Assembly (NCBI GenBank): GCA_016748015.1 | Contig: JAAOMT010000129.1 | Location: 496,001-560,000, forward strand | Length of the DNA: 64,000 nt | Direction of reading: 5' to 3' | DNA from: Geosiphon pyriformis uo1 | Taxonomy: Eukaryota; Fungi; Glomeromycota | Shown: positions 52,501 through 64,000 of the stretch, piece by piece | How the letters are laid out: each line of letters begins with the position of its first letter | Position numbering within the stretch: position 1 is the first letter of the stretch | Program-made: the position numbers and the translations under genes | The notes under the pieces: generated by a model | What the model was told of the DNA's origin: nothing | What the model saw: the letters and a program-made list of their open reading frames with translations, nothing else | Databases searched by the model: none

Positions 52501-55500
52501 AAAACCAATATATTGTAATTATAATAGATTACTTAATAAAATAGCTAAAAACAAGAGTTATTTAATAATAAACAAATACAAAATTAGTTGTAAATTTTAT
52601 TTATAAAAACATTATTTATAGACATAAATGTTTAATTGAACTTTTATTTAATCAAAAAACACATTTTGGAAACAATTTGATACAAAAAATTTGTAAATAA
52701 TTTAATATCAAAATTTTTTTATTTTTGTTCTATTATCCATAAATAAATAAACTTATAAAATATTTCAATAGAATATTTTGTAAATTATTAACTAAAATTT
52801 TAATAGATTTTAAACAAAAATAAGATCTCTTTATTCTATTAGTATTATTAATATATAGAATACTAAAACAAAATATTATAAAACACATACTATTTGATCT
52901 AACTTATAGAAAAACAGTAAAATTGCCAATTAATATTATTATAAAATTCTATTTAATTCAATCAATTACCAAGAAAAACTTTTAGAAAACATTACAAAGA
53001 AAAGTCTATACACTTTTTAGTATATTAGAAGAAATATAATAAATTGCAATTATTTATATAAAATACTTTTAAGCTTAACAAAAAAAATAACATAACAACA
53101 AATTGCCATTAGTTATTAATAAATTTAAAATTAAAAATAAAGTTTTTTTATATAAAACTAAAGCTGAAAAACAATAAAATAGAAAATTCAATTATAAATA
53201 AGATAGACTATTTTATATATACAAAATTTTAAAAAATAGTTTATATAAGTTAAAATTTGATAATAAGATTTTAAAAAAAGTCATATATAATAACAGATTA
53301 AAACATTACTATTCCAGAACCAATTTTAAATTTTTTATTTCACAAATTAATACACAATTTTTTTTGGTTAATTCTAAAAATATTTCTTAAAACTTAGAAC
53401 CAATAATTATTATTGAACAACTTTTAAATTTGAAAATTTAAATTTAAATTTATTTATATTTATTTTTTATATTTTAGAAACAATTTTACAAAAACAAAAC
53501 AAAAATAACATAAAAATTTTACATACCAAAAATAATTTTATTTATTTATATTTTTATTAATTATTATAACTATTTTTTAAAACATTTAACAATTATTTCA
53601 AAAATTAATTTTAGTCATAAAAATACTATTTAAGTTATTCATAATAATTATTAAAAAACATAATAATTATATTTAAACAGAATTAATTACATTTTTAATT
53701 ACAAATTCATAAAATTACTATTTTTATAGAAAAAATACAAAAAGTTATTTTAGAATTTACTTATCAAAACTTTTAAAACAAACTTTAAGAAAAATTTAAT
53801 GTTTATACTAATTAATATTCTATTAAATATTACAATTCAACAAAAACTTCAATAGTATTTTAATGAATAAAACAATAAATACTCTTTAATTTATAGATAT
53901 TTTTATATTAGAAAACTATTTTATAAAAAAAGACTAAAGCTTAAAACAACAAATCTTACAATTAAAGCTATTAAAAAACAACTTTACAATAAATTTAAGA
54001 CAATAATTGAATTAACAAATATCTATTACAAACTTAAAACAGTTTTTAGACTCTACAATTTATTTTATACTTATAAAAACATTCTACAAAATTTAATTTT
54101 ACAAATCTTAAAAATTCAATATATTGAAAAGCTTACAAAACTGAAATTTTAGCAATTTTTAGACCAAATTTCTTTAATAATTTTGAATTATTATTTAAAA
54201 ATTACAAACAGTACTTGAATTTTGATAGAGCTTAATCTTAAAAAAAAAGTTATATTATTAGCCAAAATTTGAAATATTAATTAACATAAAATTATTTTTA
54301 TAATTTTTATTATTAATTAACATATATTATCATTTTAATTTATTATTTATTATTATATTAAATTAATAATTTAATTTATACAGAATACAAATATAATTAA
54401 ATTATAATAATTAGATTATATAATATTTAGAATTTACTGAAATATTTAATAATTTAACAAAATATTTAACAGTTTACAGAAATAACTTGTAATTTGATAA
54501 AATAGATTTTTAGTTTACTAAAAAATTTAAAAAAAATGTTAAATCATATAATAATATTATAATAAGTTATATAAAAAAAAAAGTTTTTTTTTTAAAAAAA
54601 TATAATAATTAAAATTAATTTTTTATTAAATATCTTTCTTATAAATTAATTTCAATTAAACTTACTTTAAAAAACAAAATTTTTAATTATTCTTGCTTAA
54701 AATTAATTATTCTATATTAATAGTTTAAAATTAGTTAATTATTAATTTCAGTAATTATTAGTAATTTTTAAGTTTGGATTTAAAATAACTTCTTTAACAT
54801 ATTTTTTTATTTCTTTTTTTTAGTTTATTTTTTTTTTTTTTTTATTTTTTTTATATTATTGAATAGCTTATAATCAAGATTTTTTGTAAAAAAATTAATT
54901 TTTATAACAAAATAACTACATATTATTTTGAAAGATTTATAAACTAGATTTTTCTGTAAAAAATTTAACTTTTACTATAAAGTAATTACAAAAATAATTA
55001 GCATAAAATTAGTCATTTTATTATAAGTCTAAAAATATATATAATCTAAAATATAAAAAGATATTTTGGAAAAAAACTAGCTTATTAAAAATTTATTAAT
55101 TTTTATTAGCAAAATTAACAACAAAATAACACTAATAATATTAAAAAAAGATAAAAAAACTTCTAATAATACTGTTTTTTAAATTTTTATCTTTTTGGTT
55201 ATTTGTAAAATAATAGTAATAATATAAACAAAAAAGACTAATTTATTAACTAGTTTATTATTAAAAACTTTAAAGCTCTTAAAAAAAGTAAAAACAATAT
55301 TAAAACTAATTTTAGTGTGATTTTTAGAAAAAATTTTAATTAAAAAAAAACTATTAATTAAAAGTAAAAAAAATGGTTTAAAAATTGTTAAAAGTAAATT
55401 TTTATTATTATAATTTAAAGAAAACATTACCAAAATATTTTGCTTAGCTGTTTTAATAACAAAATAACTTTTTTTTGTTGAAATTTTATTAATTACTATA

Positions 55501-55754
55501 GAAAAAATAATATTTAAAGCTTTTTTACTCTTTGTTCTAATTATAATCATAAAATTAAAAAACAAAAAAAATTATTTTTAATATACACTTATAAAAAATA
55601 TTTTTATTAATTTAATTAAGTATTTTATAAATAATAGCAATTTGTAAATATGTATGAATAATTTTTTGTTTTTTAATTTATTAACTAAATTGAATAAAAT
55701 GTATTATTACTTTGATTATATATATATGTGGTAAACTTTTTTTCAGATCGCCGA

Positions 55755-55762
55755 TCACGTGA
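55755..55762. promoter_or_regulatory. Palindromic E-box TCACGTGA upstream of the complex I subunit gene
   Basis: About 55 bp before the ATG, at the edge of the CpG-depleted island; function untested. Confidence 0.35.
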
Positions 55763-55817
55763 ATATATAGATGCTTCAAATTATATATTTTGTCAATTTT
55801 ATCAATAAATCTTGATC

Positions 55818-56771
55818 ATGGCTTATACAAGTGGAGTTAAGAGCAGATTTTTCGAAAAGATTCGCAAACTTTTTACTGTGGTAGGTTTAAAGGATTAAGT
55901 GATATTGCCCAAACTTTCAGTCTAAATCCCACAAAAGCACCACCGCTTCGAAAATTTTTGTTCGATGTATAAGTTTTCTTTAAATCCTAAAATGGAATAA
56001 TTTTTATCAAAAAATGAACCCAAATATTATTATAATTGTCAAAAATTTTCGCTAGGCTCACTTCTAGCTAAACCACACCCTCATAGAACCCAGAAACCAA
56101 CACCGGCGTTCCTATAGTGGGTACATATCGTACTCCGGCACCCGGGTAAGTTTACAGGTTAAAATTGAAGAAATCCTTCTGTTAAAATTGATAAAATTAA
56201 AATATAAACCAATTACTCGAAAATTTTCATCTAAAAATTTTATCCAGGTCACAGCCTAAATATGTTCGTCCCGTGACTAAACATTCTGATCTTGCACAGA
56301 ATTATTATTATGACCGGGATTCTCGTAGAAATTATCCCAGACTTTCAGTTCTGACTCAAAAAGATGTGGCAGGGTTAATTGCTGCAGGAAATTTAAAGAG
56401 GTATTTCTGATTTTGCCTTCAATTCAAATTGATAAAATAATTGCTTCTAAATTGAAACTGAAATTTTTTTTTTAATAAAGCATAACCGCTGGTCAAGGAA
56501 ATTCCTCAGATACCACAACTGATGTGGCAAAAATTGTCGAAAATTTGTCTTTAACAGAGGTAATAAATGCATTGCCAAAACCTTTATATTCTAAAGATAA
56601 TTTGCCGCCCGTGCCTGGGGTAATGAATCATAATTGGAAGCCATCCGAAGATGCTGTTAAACCTGATCCAGGTATGATCATTCCAGAATTTTCTCGTTCT
56701 ATCCTAGGTTCTTTCACATTCATTTTGTATTTTTTATAGACCAATATTGGCCTATGAGGATGTTTTCATAA
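55818..56771 (+). CDS. NADH:ubiquinone oxidoreductase 21.3-kDa accessory subunit (fungal NUO-21.3a/NUZM, NDUFA7-related), 5 exons
   Basis: Spliced: MAYTSGVKSRFFEKIRKLFTV|NPETNTGVPIVGTYRTPAPG|SQPKYVRPVTKHSDLAQNYYYDRDSRRNYPRLSVLTQKDV...|...LPPVPG...|DQYWPMRMFS*; the RDxRRNYPRLSV signature is present. Confidence 0.88.
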
Positions 56772-56980
56772 AATTCAGAAAATTTTCACACCATATACAA
56801 AAATTTTACTTATTAACTGAGCATCAAAAGTTGGATTTATATTTCCTTTTAAAATTTATATTATTAATATATATATTGGCTGTCGCAATTTCATAGTAAA
56901 AATAACGATGAATAAATCTGCTTTCTCGTTTGGTTCCTTGAAGAAGGCAAATCACATGGGCAAATATTTCCTGATTTCCT

Positions 56981-57459
56981 TTATGTTTCTTGCTGTTTTT
57001 GGGCAGTCCATTGAGCAGGTGTATAAGTTTTCTATAAGAATCAAAAAATTCGCATTATTATATAGTTTGACTAATAAAATCTCAATATAAAATCTTTTCA
57101 CCTGTGAAAACGCGTGCAACTGTTCAATTTCTCCCTTTAATGCATCATTTACTAGTCGATGTCTTTGTAACAATGTCTTTCCATCAAATAATGATGAAAC
57201 AATCGTAACCTCAAAACTTTGACCACATCCACCTGAACCAAAAAATTTATCCATAAAATGTGCATCAAATATTTAACTCGTGGAATTTTGCAGGGGGTTT
57301 TTTTTCTAAGTTTAAATTAAGTCTCAAAAAGAATTGAAATGGTAGGCGGATTATTTGTGAAAGAAATTATTACTAACCAGAGGTATCAAAAGCTGCGACA
57401 TATTCAGCCGCTAGTCTTTTACGTAGTGATTCTTCGAGTGAGTCTTTGGTAACTGACAT
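56981..57459 (-). CDS. BOL2: BolA-family protein, BOLA2/Bol2(Fra2) type, 3 exons
   Basis: Spliced: [28 protein letters not shown]|[43 protein letters not shown]|[16 protein letters not shown]. Confidence 0.9.
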
Positions 57460-57533
57460 AGATGAGTTCGCTTAAAAGGTGGAAAATAAATAAATAAATA
57501 ACTTTATTAACACACTAAGATCTGTTATGTTAA

Positions 57534-57541
57534 TGACGTCA
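57534..57541. promoter_or_regulatory. CRE-type palindrome TGACGTCA in the BOL2/eIF3c divergent promoter
   Basis: Perfect ATF/CREB bZIP site 75 bp upstream of the BOL2 ATG; function untested. Confidence 0.35.
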
Positions 57542-57988
57542 CCAAATCATTTTGGAAAATAAAGGTTATGAAAAATTTCTTTACGAAGTCACCTCCCCCC
57601 TTTGAGCATCAAGAAATTTTGGTAAGCTCTTAATTAGTTCTCATATCTGATAAAGAAGCTATTTTATGAAAACAAGTGCACAAAATTAGGAAAGTATTTA
57701 ATAAAACTTGTGGGATTTCTTGGACTTAAAACTTTTTGTTCAAGTTAAACTTTGATTTAATGAACCTCTTGCAGAGCTCAATACGACAATTCATTCTTAA
57801 TTTATTTGAAGAGTGAAAATCATTTCGAAAAGGAGCTAGCTATTGAAAACCTTCCAAATGTGATCCTTTTTGAGTCGATTTCTTTAATCAGAAACTAATC
57901 CTTGGTTTCTTCTATATGATTTAAAGATTTCATCAAGGTTATATCACTGAATTGTTTAAATCAGGTTATATTCCTAGATTGAACAAAG

Positions 57989-60900
57989 ATGTCTCGATTC
58001 TTTCATGGAGGTTCTGATTCTGAAAGTGAATCGCAAGAGTCTATAGTATCTAACGACGATCTCTCTGATGAAGAAAGCTCGATTGAATCCAGTGATGATG
58101 AAAAGAAAACAACAAATGAGTCCAAAAGATCACGCTTCATAGTTCCAAAAGGAGAAACTGCTGCCATTTCGGATGCTGATGAGTCTTCCGAAGATGAAAA
58201 ACGGGTGGTAAAATCAGCGAAAAATAAAAGATTAGAAGAGTTAGAGGCAGCCGCAAAAACCATCGAAAACGCACAAAAAATCAATGATTGGGTTGTAATC
58301 TCTAATGGTGATTAAAGATTTCCCAAGTTTGAATAACATTTCTTTTTCGAAAACTAAATTTACCTTTTTTTCTCAGAGTTTGAAAAACTCAACAAAGTGG
58401 CGTCCAAGATTCCAGTTGGAGAGAATGGAGTCCCACGACTATATATAAAAACTTTAGCAACACTCGAGGACTTTTTGAATGAAGCTTTACAAAAAGATGC
58501 AAAGAAAAAAATGAATCCCTCTAATGCAAAAGCATTGATGACGATGAAACAAAAACTAAAAAAAAATAACAAGCTCTATGAGGCTCAAATTGAGAAATGG
58601 CGATTGGTGAGTTAATGTCGAGAGAAGATTTTTGCAGAGTGAGAATTTGCCTCAAGCAATCTATTTAATGAACTTGATTTTTATAAGAATCCAATATTAG
58701 AGGAAGAAGGAGAGGAGGAGGAAGAAAAAATTGAACTTCCAAAAAAAAAACCTGAGAAACCGGCATTGCCTAACTTCGAAGACAATGGGGATTTTATAGA
58801 AATTGACAAATATGGTAAACCTGTAGAATACACTGTAGATAATTTATTCAAAAAATTGAAAGAAGTGATGGAAGCCAGGGGAAAAAAGGTAAAATATCGT
58901 TGGTAATTTTCACCTTTAAAGTTCTTAAACTAATCAGAGCGATTTGCTTGCCTGACTATTGAAAAGAACACAGATCGCCTCGGCCAAATTAAGATTTTGC
59001 AAACTTTATTGGGAGTGACGAAAACTCCATATCAACAAATTCGTGTTTTGCTCGCTTTAATTCCTGCTCAGTTTGATTATAATCAGAGTATGAGTGGTCA
59101 TATGACGTCTGAGATGTGGAAAAGGTTCAAAGTTGTCAGACTTTAGCAGCAATTATAAAAAAATATTTTTTTAACCAACCAATTTGAATAATTAGCACCC
59201 AAAAAGAAATCAATCAACTATTGGGTATCCTCGAGAACCATAAACAATACCTCATTAGAGAGGATGTGGAGGATGAACAAGACGAAAAGGAACCATCAAT
59301 TGAACCTGGAAACACTTATGGGATTCGTGGCTCTATTGTGTCTTTCATTGATCGCCTTGACGACGAGTTCACAAAATCTCTCCAGCAAATTGATCCACAT
59401 ACTATTGACTATGTGGAAAGATTGAGGGACGAAACCGAGCTATATGCTACTATCACACGTGGCCAAATTTATTTCGAAAAAAATAATTTAAACGATAATA
59501 CAAGCCAAGTCATCATGCGACGACTTGAACACTTATACTACAAGGTAAAATACTTTTTTATTTATAGTGTAATAAGGGGGGGGGGGTTTTACTGTTTTAT
59601 CATCTCTTATTATTGGTTCTTGTTACACCTTGAAGCCGGATCAAGTTATTCAAACTGTCGAAAATACAGTAAGACAACTGCTCCCTCCCAATATGTCCTC
59701 ACAAATTACCCCATCGACAGTAACTCAGGACTCTTCAGACCTGATACATGCGCTATGTGTATATCTTTATAAAAATGGTGCTTCTCTTTTGCGTACTCGC
59801 TCCATGCTCTGTCATATATATCATCATGCTCTACATAACCGTTTTCATATGGCAAGGGACATGCTTTTGATGTCACACTTGCAAGAAACAATACATCATG
59901 CCGATGTGGCAACTCAGATTTTACACAATCGCACTATGGTGCAAGTGGGATTATGTGCCTTTCGTGAAGGCATGATCAAGGAGGCTCAAAGCTGCCTTCA
60001 AGAGATATGTGGGACAGGTCGTATGAAAGAATTGTTGGCCCAGGTTTAGATTCTAATTAGAATTAGTCATGCTTTTTTAAATTCTTATCATTATCTTATT
60101 AGTCTTCGTTTCTTGATTCTATTAGGGTCTACAATTACAACGATATGCCCAACTTCCTCCGGAACAAGAAAAATTGGATCGACAGAGACAATTGCCTTTT
60201 CATATGCATATTAATTTAGAATTACTCGAATGTGCTTACCTTACTTGTTCAATGTTACTGGAGATCCCGAGCATGGCCGCTGCAGGGTTAAATCCAGAGG
60301 CTCGGAAAAAGATAATCAGTAAGCCATTCAGAAGAATGTTGGACTATAATGAAAGACAAGTATTCAGTGGTATGTATCGGTTTCATGTTTAAATATGTTA
60401 TCGTGCCTTGTTCAGTATTTACCACATTTGTTTCAATATCATGTAAATAGGACCACCCGAAAACACAAGGGATCATATAATGGGGGCGGCAAAAGCTCTC
60501 GCTAGGGGTGAATGGCAAAGATGTCAAGAGCTAATAGCGGCAATCAAAATTTGGGATTTGATGCCAGAAATACAAAAAATAAAAGATATGCTAAATCGCA
60601 AGATACAAGAGGAAGGTCTTCGTACTTATCTTTTTACATATTCAGCATCCTATTCGACTCTTGGATTAGAACAGTTAGGGGCCATGTTTGCGCTCCCAAT
60701 CAATGCCGTTGCCTCTATAATATCTAAAATGATATGGAATGAAGAACTGGCGGCTTCTTTGGATCAAGTGAACAATGCAGTGGTTTTACATCGCGTCGAG
60801 CCAACCAAGGTACAACAACTGGCATTAATGTTTGCTGAGAAAGCGGCAGCCTTTGTTGACAACAATGAACGGATCCTTGAACAAAAACAACAAGCGGGCC

Positions 60901-61150
60901 AAGGATCCAAGGACTTGCAGCGACAAAAAGGTGAAATATCATCTTAGATTGCTATGAGTTTTGCTTTAAATTTCTGATGCTAATTTTACATTTCTCATTT
61001 AAAGGACAATCCAACCAGCAACATCAAAATCCAGAAAAACGCACTACTTACCAAAAAGGCGGGGGTGGTCAGCGAGGACGTAACAATTTCAATAATGTAT
61101 TGGGAAATAGTGTTCGGGGTAGAGCGCAACAAAATCGATATCGGTCATAA
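57989..61150 (+). CDS. NIP1: Eukaryotic translation initiation factor 3 subunit C, multi-exon
   Basis: MSRFF...acidic N-terminus, [87 protein letters not shown]-domain [15 protein letters not shown]; stop at 61148-61150. Confidence 0.96.
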
Positions 61151-61228
61151 GAATAAGGTTTACTGACTGGTTATTTAAATATCAAATGTCAATATATATT
61201 TAATAATTATTATATAGATAAATAATTT

Positions 61229-61234
61229 CACGTG
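61229..61234. promoter_or_regulatory. CACGTG, candidate Pho4/NUC-1 site ~900 bp upstream of PHO81
   Basis: Canonical E-box in the NIP1-PHO81 intergenic region. PHO81/nuc-2 are known Pho4/NUC-1 targets in ascomycetes. Confidence 0.4.
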
Positions 61235-62135
61235 TTCAAATTGATAGAATATCGGCTAAATTTGTTATTTAATGATTTTGATTTTTTCATCCATCTCTTT
61301 TTCTTGATAAGATCCATCGTTCATCTCAGGCTATCATTTCTAGAATTTAGTTTCAATAACTTCTTTATTGGATAGTCGCGCAAACTTTGGAACCGCCTAA
61401 AGCACTTTCTAAATCACTTTAAAAAATCCTTGATTTAACTCTTAGAACCTTGGTGAATAGCTAATTATAATGATGAAATTTTTCAAATAAAAGCAAGTAC
61501 TCTTGTAAAGCTTTCTTCAACCCTTTCCAAGATCCCAGTTCTGTGGAAGTTGCGTCCTGACTCAGATCTCGAGCATCTAGTGGGAACGTTAATTTATGGT
61601 CTAGCGTGTTGAATAATCAAAACTTGGAAGATTTACAACTCGCATCAGCTAAATTATCTGTTATCGGCTATAGCAACAACCACTTCGACAATTGCATTGT
61701 TTAATTTACTATCAGATATGAAACAAATGCCCGTGCTGTTATGTTGTGCTTGGCATCTCGTAACTTTTAAAGTTTAAAGTTTTTTCTATTCATTAAGAAA
61801 CTCGAGATAGTTAGTTATGTTTTCGTAGCCTCTCTTTAATTTTACAATTTATGACACTAATCAAAAATCTTGGTCCCAACCATATAAAATAAAGGCTGTT
61901 ATTTTTTACACCTTTTCTCTTGTCTTTTGTGTCCAAGCTTCTTATGCTATTTCTTTTCTAATGATTCATTATTTAATTGGAATAATTTATATATATTAAC
62001 ACTTTTTCTCTGTGATAACAAATTTGGTATTTTTAATTTTTTGTTTTGTTCTTTTTAATTCCTACTCTTCTAGTTTGTACCTTATACCTTATATGATTGG
62101 GAATTTTATATTCTATTTATCTTTTTGTAAAGAAA

Positions 62136-64000
62136 ATGAAGGTATCAAAACAGTCAATTTTCTTTGACTACTTTATTTTTGTATGAAAATTATTCTCATT
62201 ATTCCCATAATTACTCACAAATCAATTACTTTTAATCAGTTTGGAAAACAACTTTTAAATCAGCAAATCACAGAATGGGCTGGTCATTATATCAATTATA
62301 AGGCCATGAAAAAAATTATAAATAGTCTAAAGACTAATTCAAAAAATAACGAACGATCAATGCCATCAATGATTACAATAGCCTCTCGATTTTCATCAAA
62401 GCCTATAAACGGTGATACAGTCCCAAATGATGAAAATCAAACCTTTCTTCAACAACAAAAAACGGCTTTTTTTTTTAAGCTTGAAAGAGAGCTCGAAAAA
62501 GTAGGGCATCTTTCGAAACCCCATTTACTGCATATTGGTGATGCTCCTCTTAAGTCGTCATTGCTGATGATATGATAATTTCCAATTATGCCCGAAATTT
62601 TTTTCGTTCATCCTTTCTGTGGCTTTGATATTACACCGCCTTATCCAACATCAGGTCAACTCTTTCTACCTTCAAAAAGAGGCTGAATTTAAGGTTAGAT
62701 TACGTACCTTGATTGATAAGAAAAAGATCTTGCTCGCTCGAGAAAAAAAACTATCTGGTGGATCCACCTCTATTGTTGCTTTGAAAGAAGGTTTTAAACA
62801 ATTTCAGCAAGATTTGAGCAAATTGCAGGTAATTACACATTAACCTATTTACAACTTATTTATCATCTAATACCCTTTATTTGATTCTAAACTATATAAT
62901 TTAATTGCCTTAGCAATTCATTGAAATTAACGTGACAGGATTTCGAAAGATTTTAAAAAAATGGGATAAACGATCAAAATCAAGCACAAAAGAGCTTTAT
63001 CTATCACGACAAGTTGAAATTCAACCATGCTTTAACAGAGACATTATCGCAGAGCTTGCCGACAACGCTGCAAGTAATTTGTTAGCTTTGGATAATCTTA
63101 TCGGCGGCTTATCAACTAGTTCACCTTCAGATCAACATTCTCCGGAACGTAAACTTTCAATTGGGGGTCAAGAAGAACTTGATGTTATGGATGACTTGGA
63201 AACAGAGCTTTTCAAAGCTATAACAACAGGTTCCAATTCAACTGTTCAGGAAATCCTGGAAAGGATTAGGCTGCATCCAAGTGGAGATGATCGTGATCAT
63301 ATCTCCCGTGTATTTTGGCGTGCATGTTCCGAAGACTCTGGGGAATCAATTCAGTTATTGGTCGAAACAGATTTGATCAATTATAAATACATGGATGATA
63401 TAAGTGATCGTACTTGTTTACATGAAACAGCAATTGTCGGTCGATTAGCTCTCATAAAATTGTGTGTTGAACATGGAGTCAAGGTTGATTGCAGAGATGT
63501 CTATGGTAGGCAGCCATTGCATTATGTATGTATGTACGGTCATAGTGAAGCGGCCACTTATCTCTTGTCAGTTGGGGCAAAACCCGAGAGCATTGATCAT
63601 GATGGTTTCAGCCCATTAATTTACGCTGTCACCAATGGTCATACAAATTGCACAAAAATTCTTGTAGAATATGGAGCTCATATAGAGCCCCATAAAGAAG
63701 ACGACCATATTCCATTATCGTTGGCATGCCAATATGGTCATAGAGACATCGCTATGTTGTTACTCAAAAGGGGAGCTAAAATCACAGCCGACAGAGAAGG
63801 TCTTTGTCCTCTACATTTAACCTCACGTGAGGGGCATCATGAATTATCTAAGATCTTGACAGAGCATGGGGCTCTTTTAGATACTCCAGATAAATATAAC
63901 GGATGGACACCAATTTTCTATGCAAGTAGCGAAGGCCACATTCAATGTGTTAAAGTTTTATTGGAGGCAGGTTGTCAGGTGAATCTTAAAGATGAGTCAG
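62136..64000 (+). CDS. PHO81: SPX-ankyrin CDK inhibitor PHO81/NUC-2 (continues beyond window)
   Basis: Micro-exon ATGAAG at 62136 splices to FGKQ at 62240 (MKFGKQ). SPX motifs YINYKAMKKII, FFFKLERELEKVNSFYLQKE, INVTGFRKILKKWDKRSKSSTKELYLSRQVE; then ankyrin repeats (GRQPLHY, GFSPLIYA, GLCPLHL, GWTPIFYA). Confidence 0.9.

Larger units (their letters stand above)
30575..55171 (+). mobile_element. Gypsy element E (AT-eroded relative of family B, 5'-deleted), split by element A into ~30575-32211 (protease, Cys-rich region, dUTPase N-half) and 50043-55171 (dUTPase C-half, RT, RNase H, integrase, ORF3, 3' LTR 54253-55171)
   Basis: Collinear with the reverse complement of 36265-42730. The dUTPase motif-3 region rejoins across the insertion. 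ORF 51291-51545 is a G>A/C>T image of ORF 39587-40210. Confidence 0.85.

Noticed and set aside
55818-64000. Functional gene cluster (complex I subunit, BOL2, eIF3c, PHO81)
   Set aside because: Unrelated housekeeping functions; ordinary dense gene block with no shared pathway.

Overview
AT-rich, intron-rich fungal nuclear DNA. Gene content and retroelement style point to Glomeromycotina/Mucoromycota (Geosiphon-like); this is an inference, not a search result. Two compact gene blocks flank a ~50-kb retroelement island (~5.7-55.7 kb). The left block holds the 3' end of a ZNF706-like gene, glutamine-dependent NAD synthetase (QNS1) and an EGT2-like PLP lyase. The right block holds the complex I 21.3-kDa subunit, BOL2, eIF3c/NIP1 and the 5' part of PHO81/NUC-2. 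The island resolves into: a full-length RNase H-bearing LINE with a TSD; a 5'-truncated and an AT-eroded LINE; several solo LTRs with 4-bp TSDs; a fold-back element with inverted LTRs between matching 4-bp flanks; and a nested Gypsy stack (eroded E, interrupted by A, interrupted by B and C). The main novelty candidates are: (1) a Gypsy architecture shared by two families, with integrase apparently as a separate ATG-initiated ORF and an unknown ORF3 in the env position, plus Cys-rich and dUTPase domains in family B; (2) the inverted-LTR insertion; (3) age-graded C>T/G>A erosion of repeats that does not look like CpA-type RIP. Three assembly gaps limit parts of the analysis.
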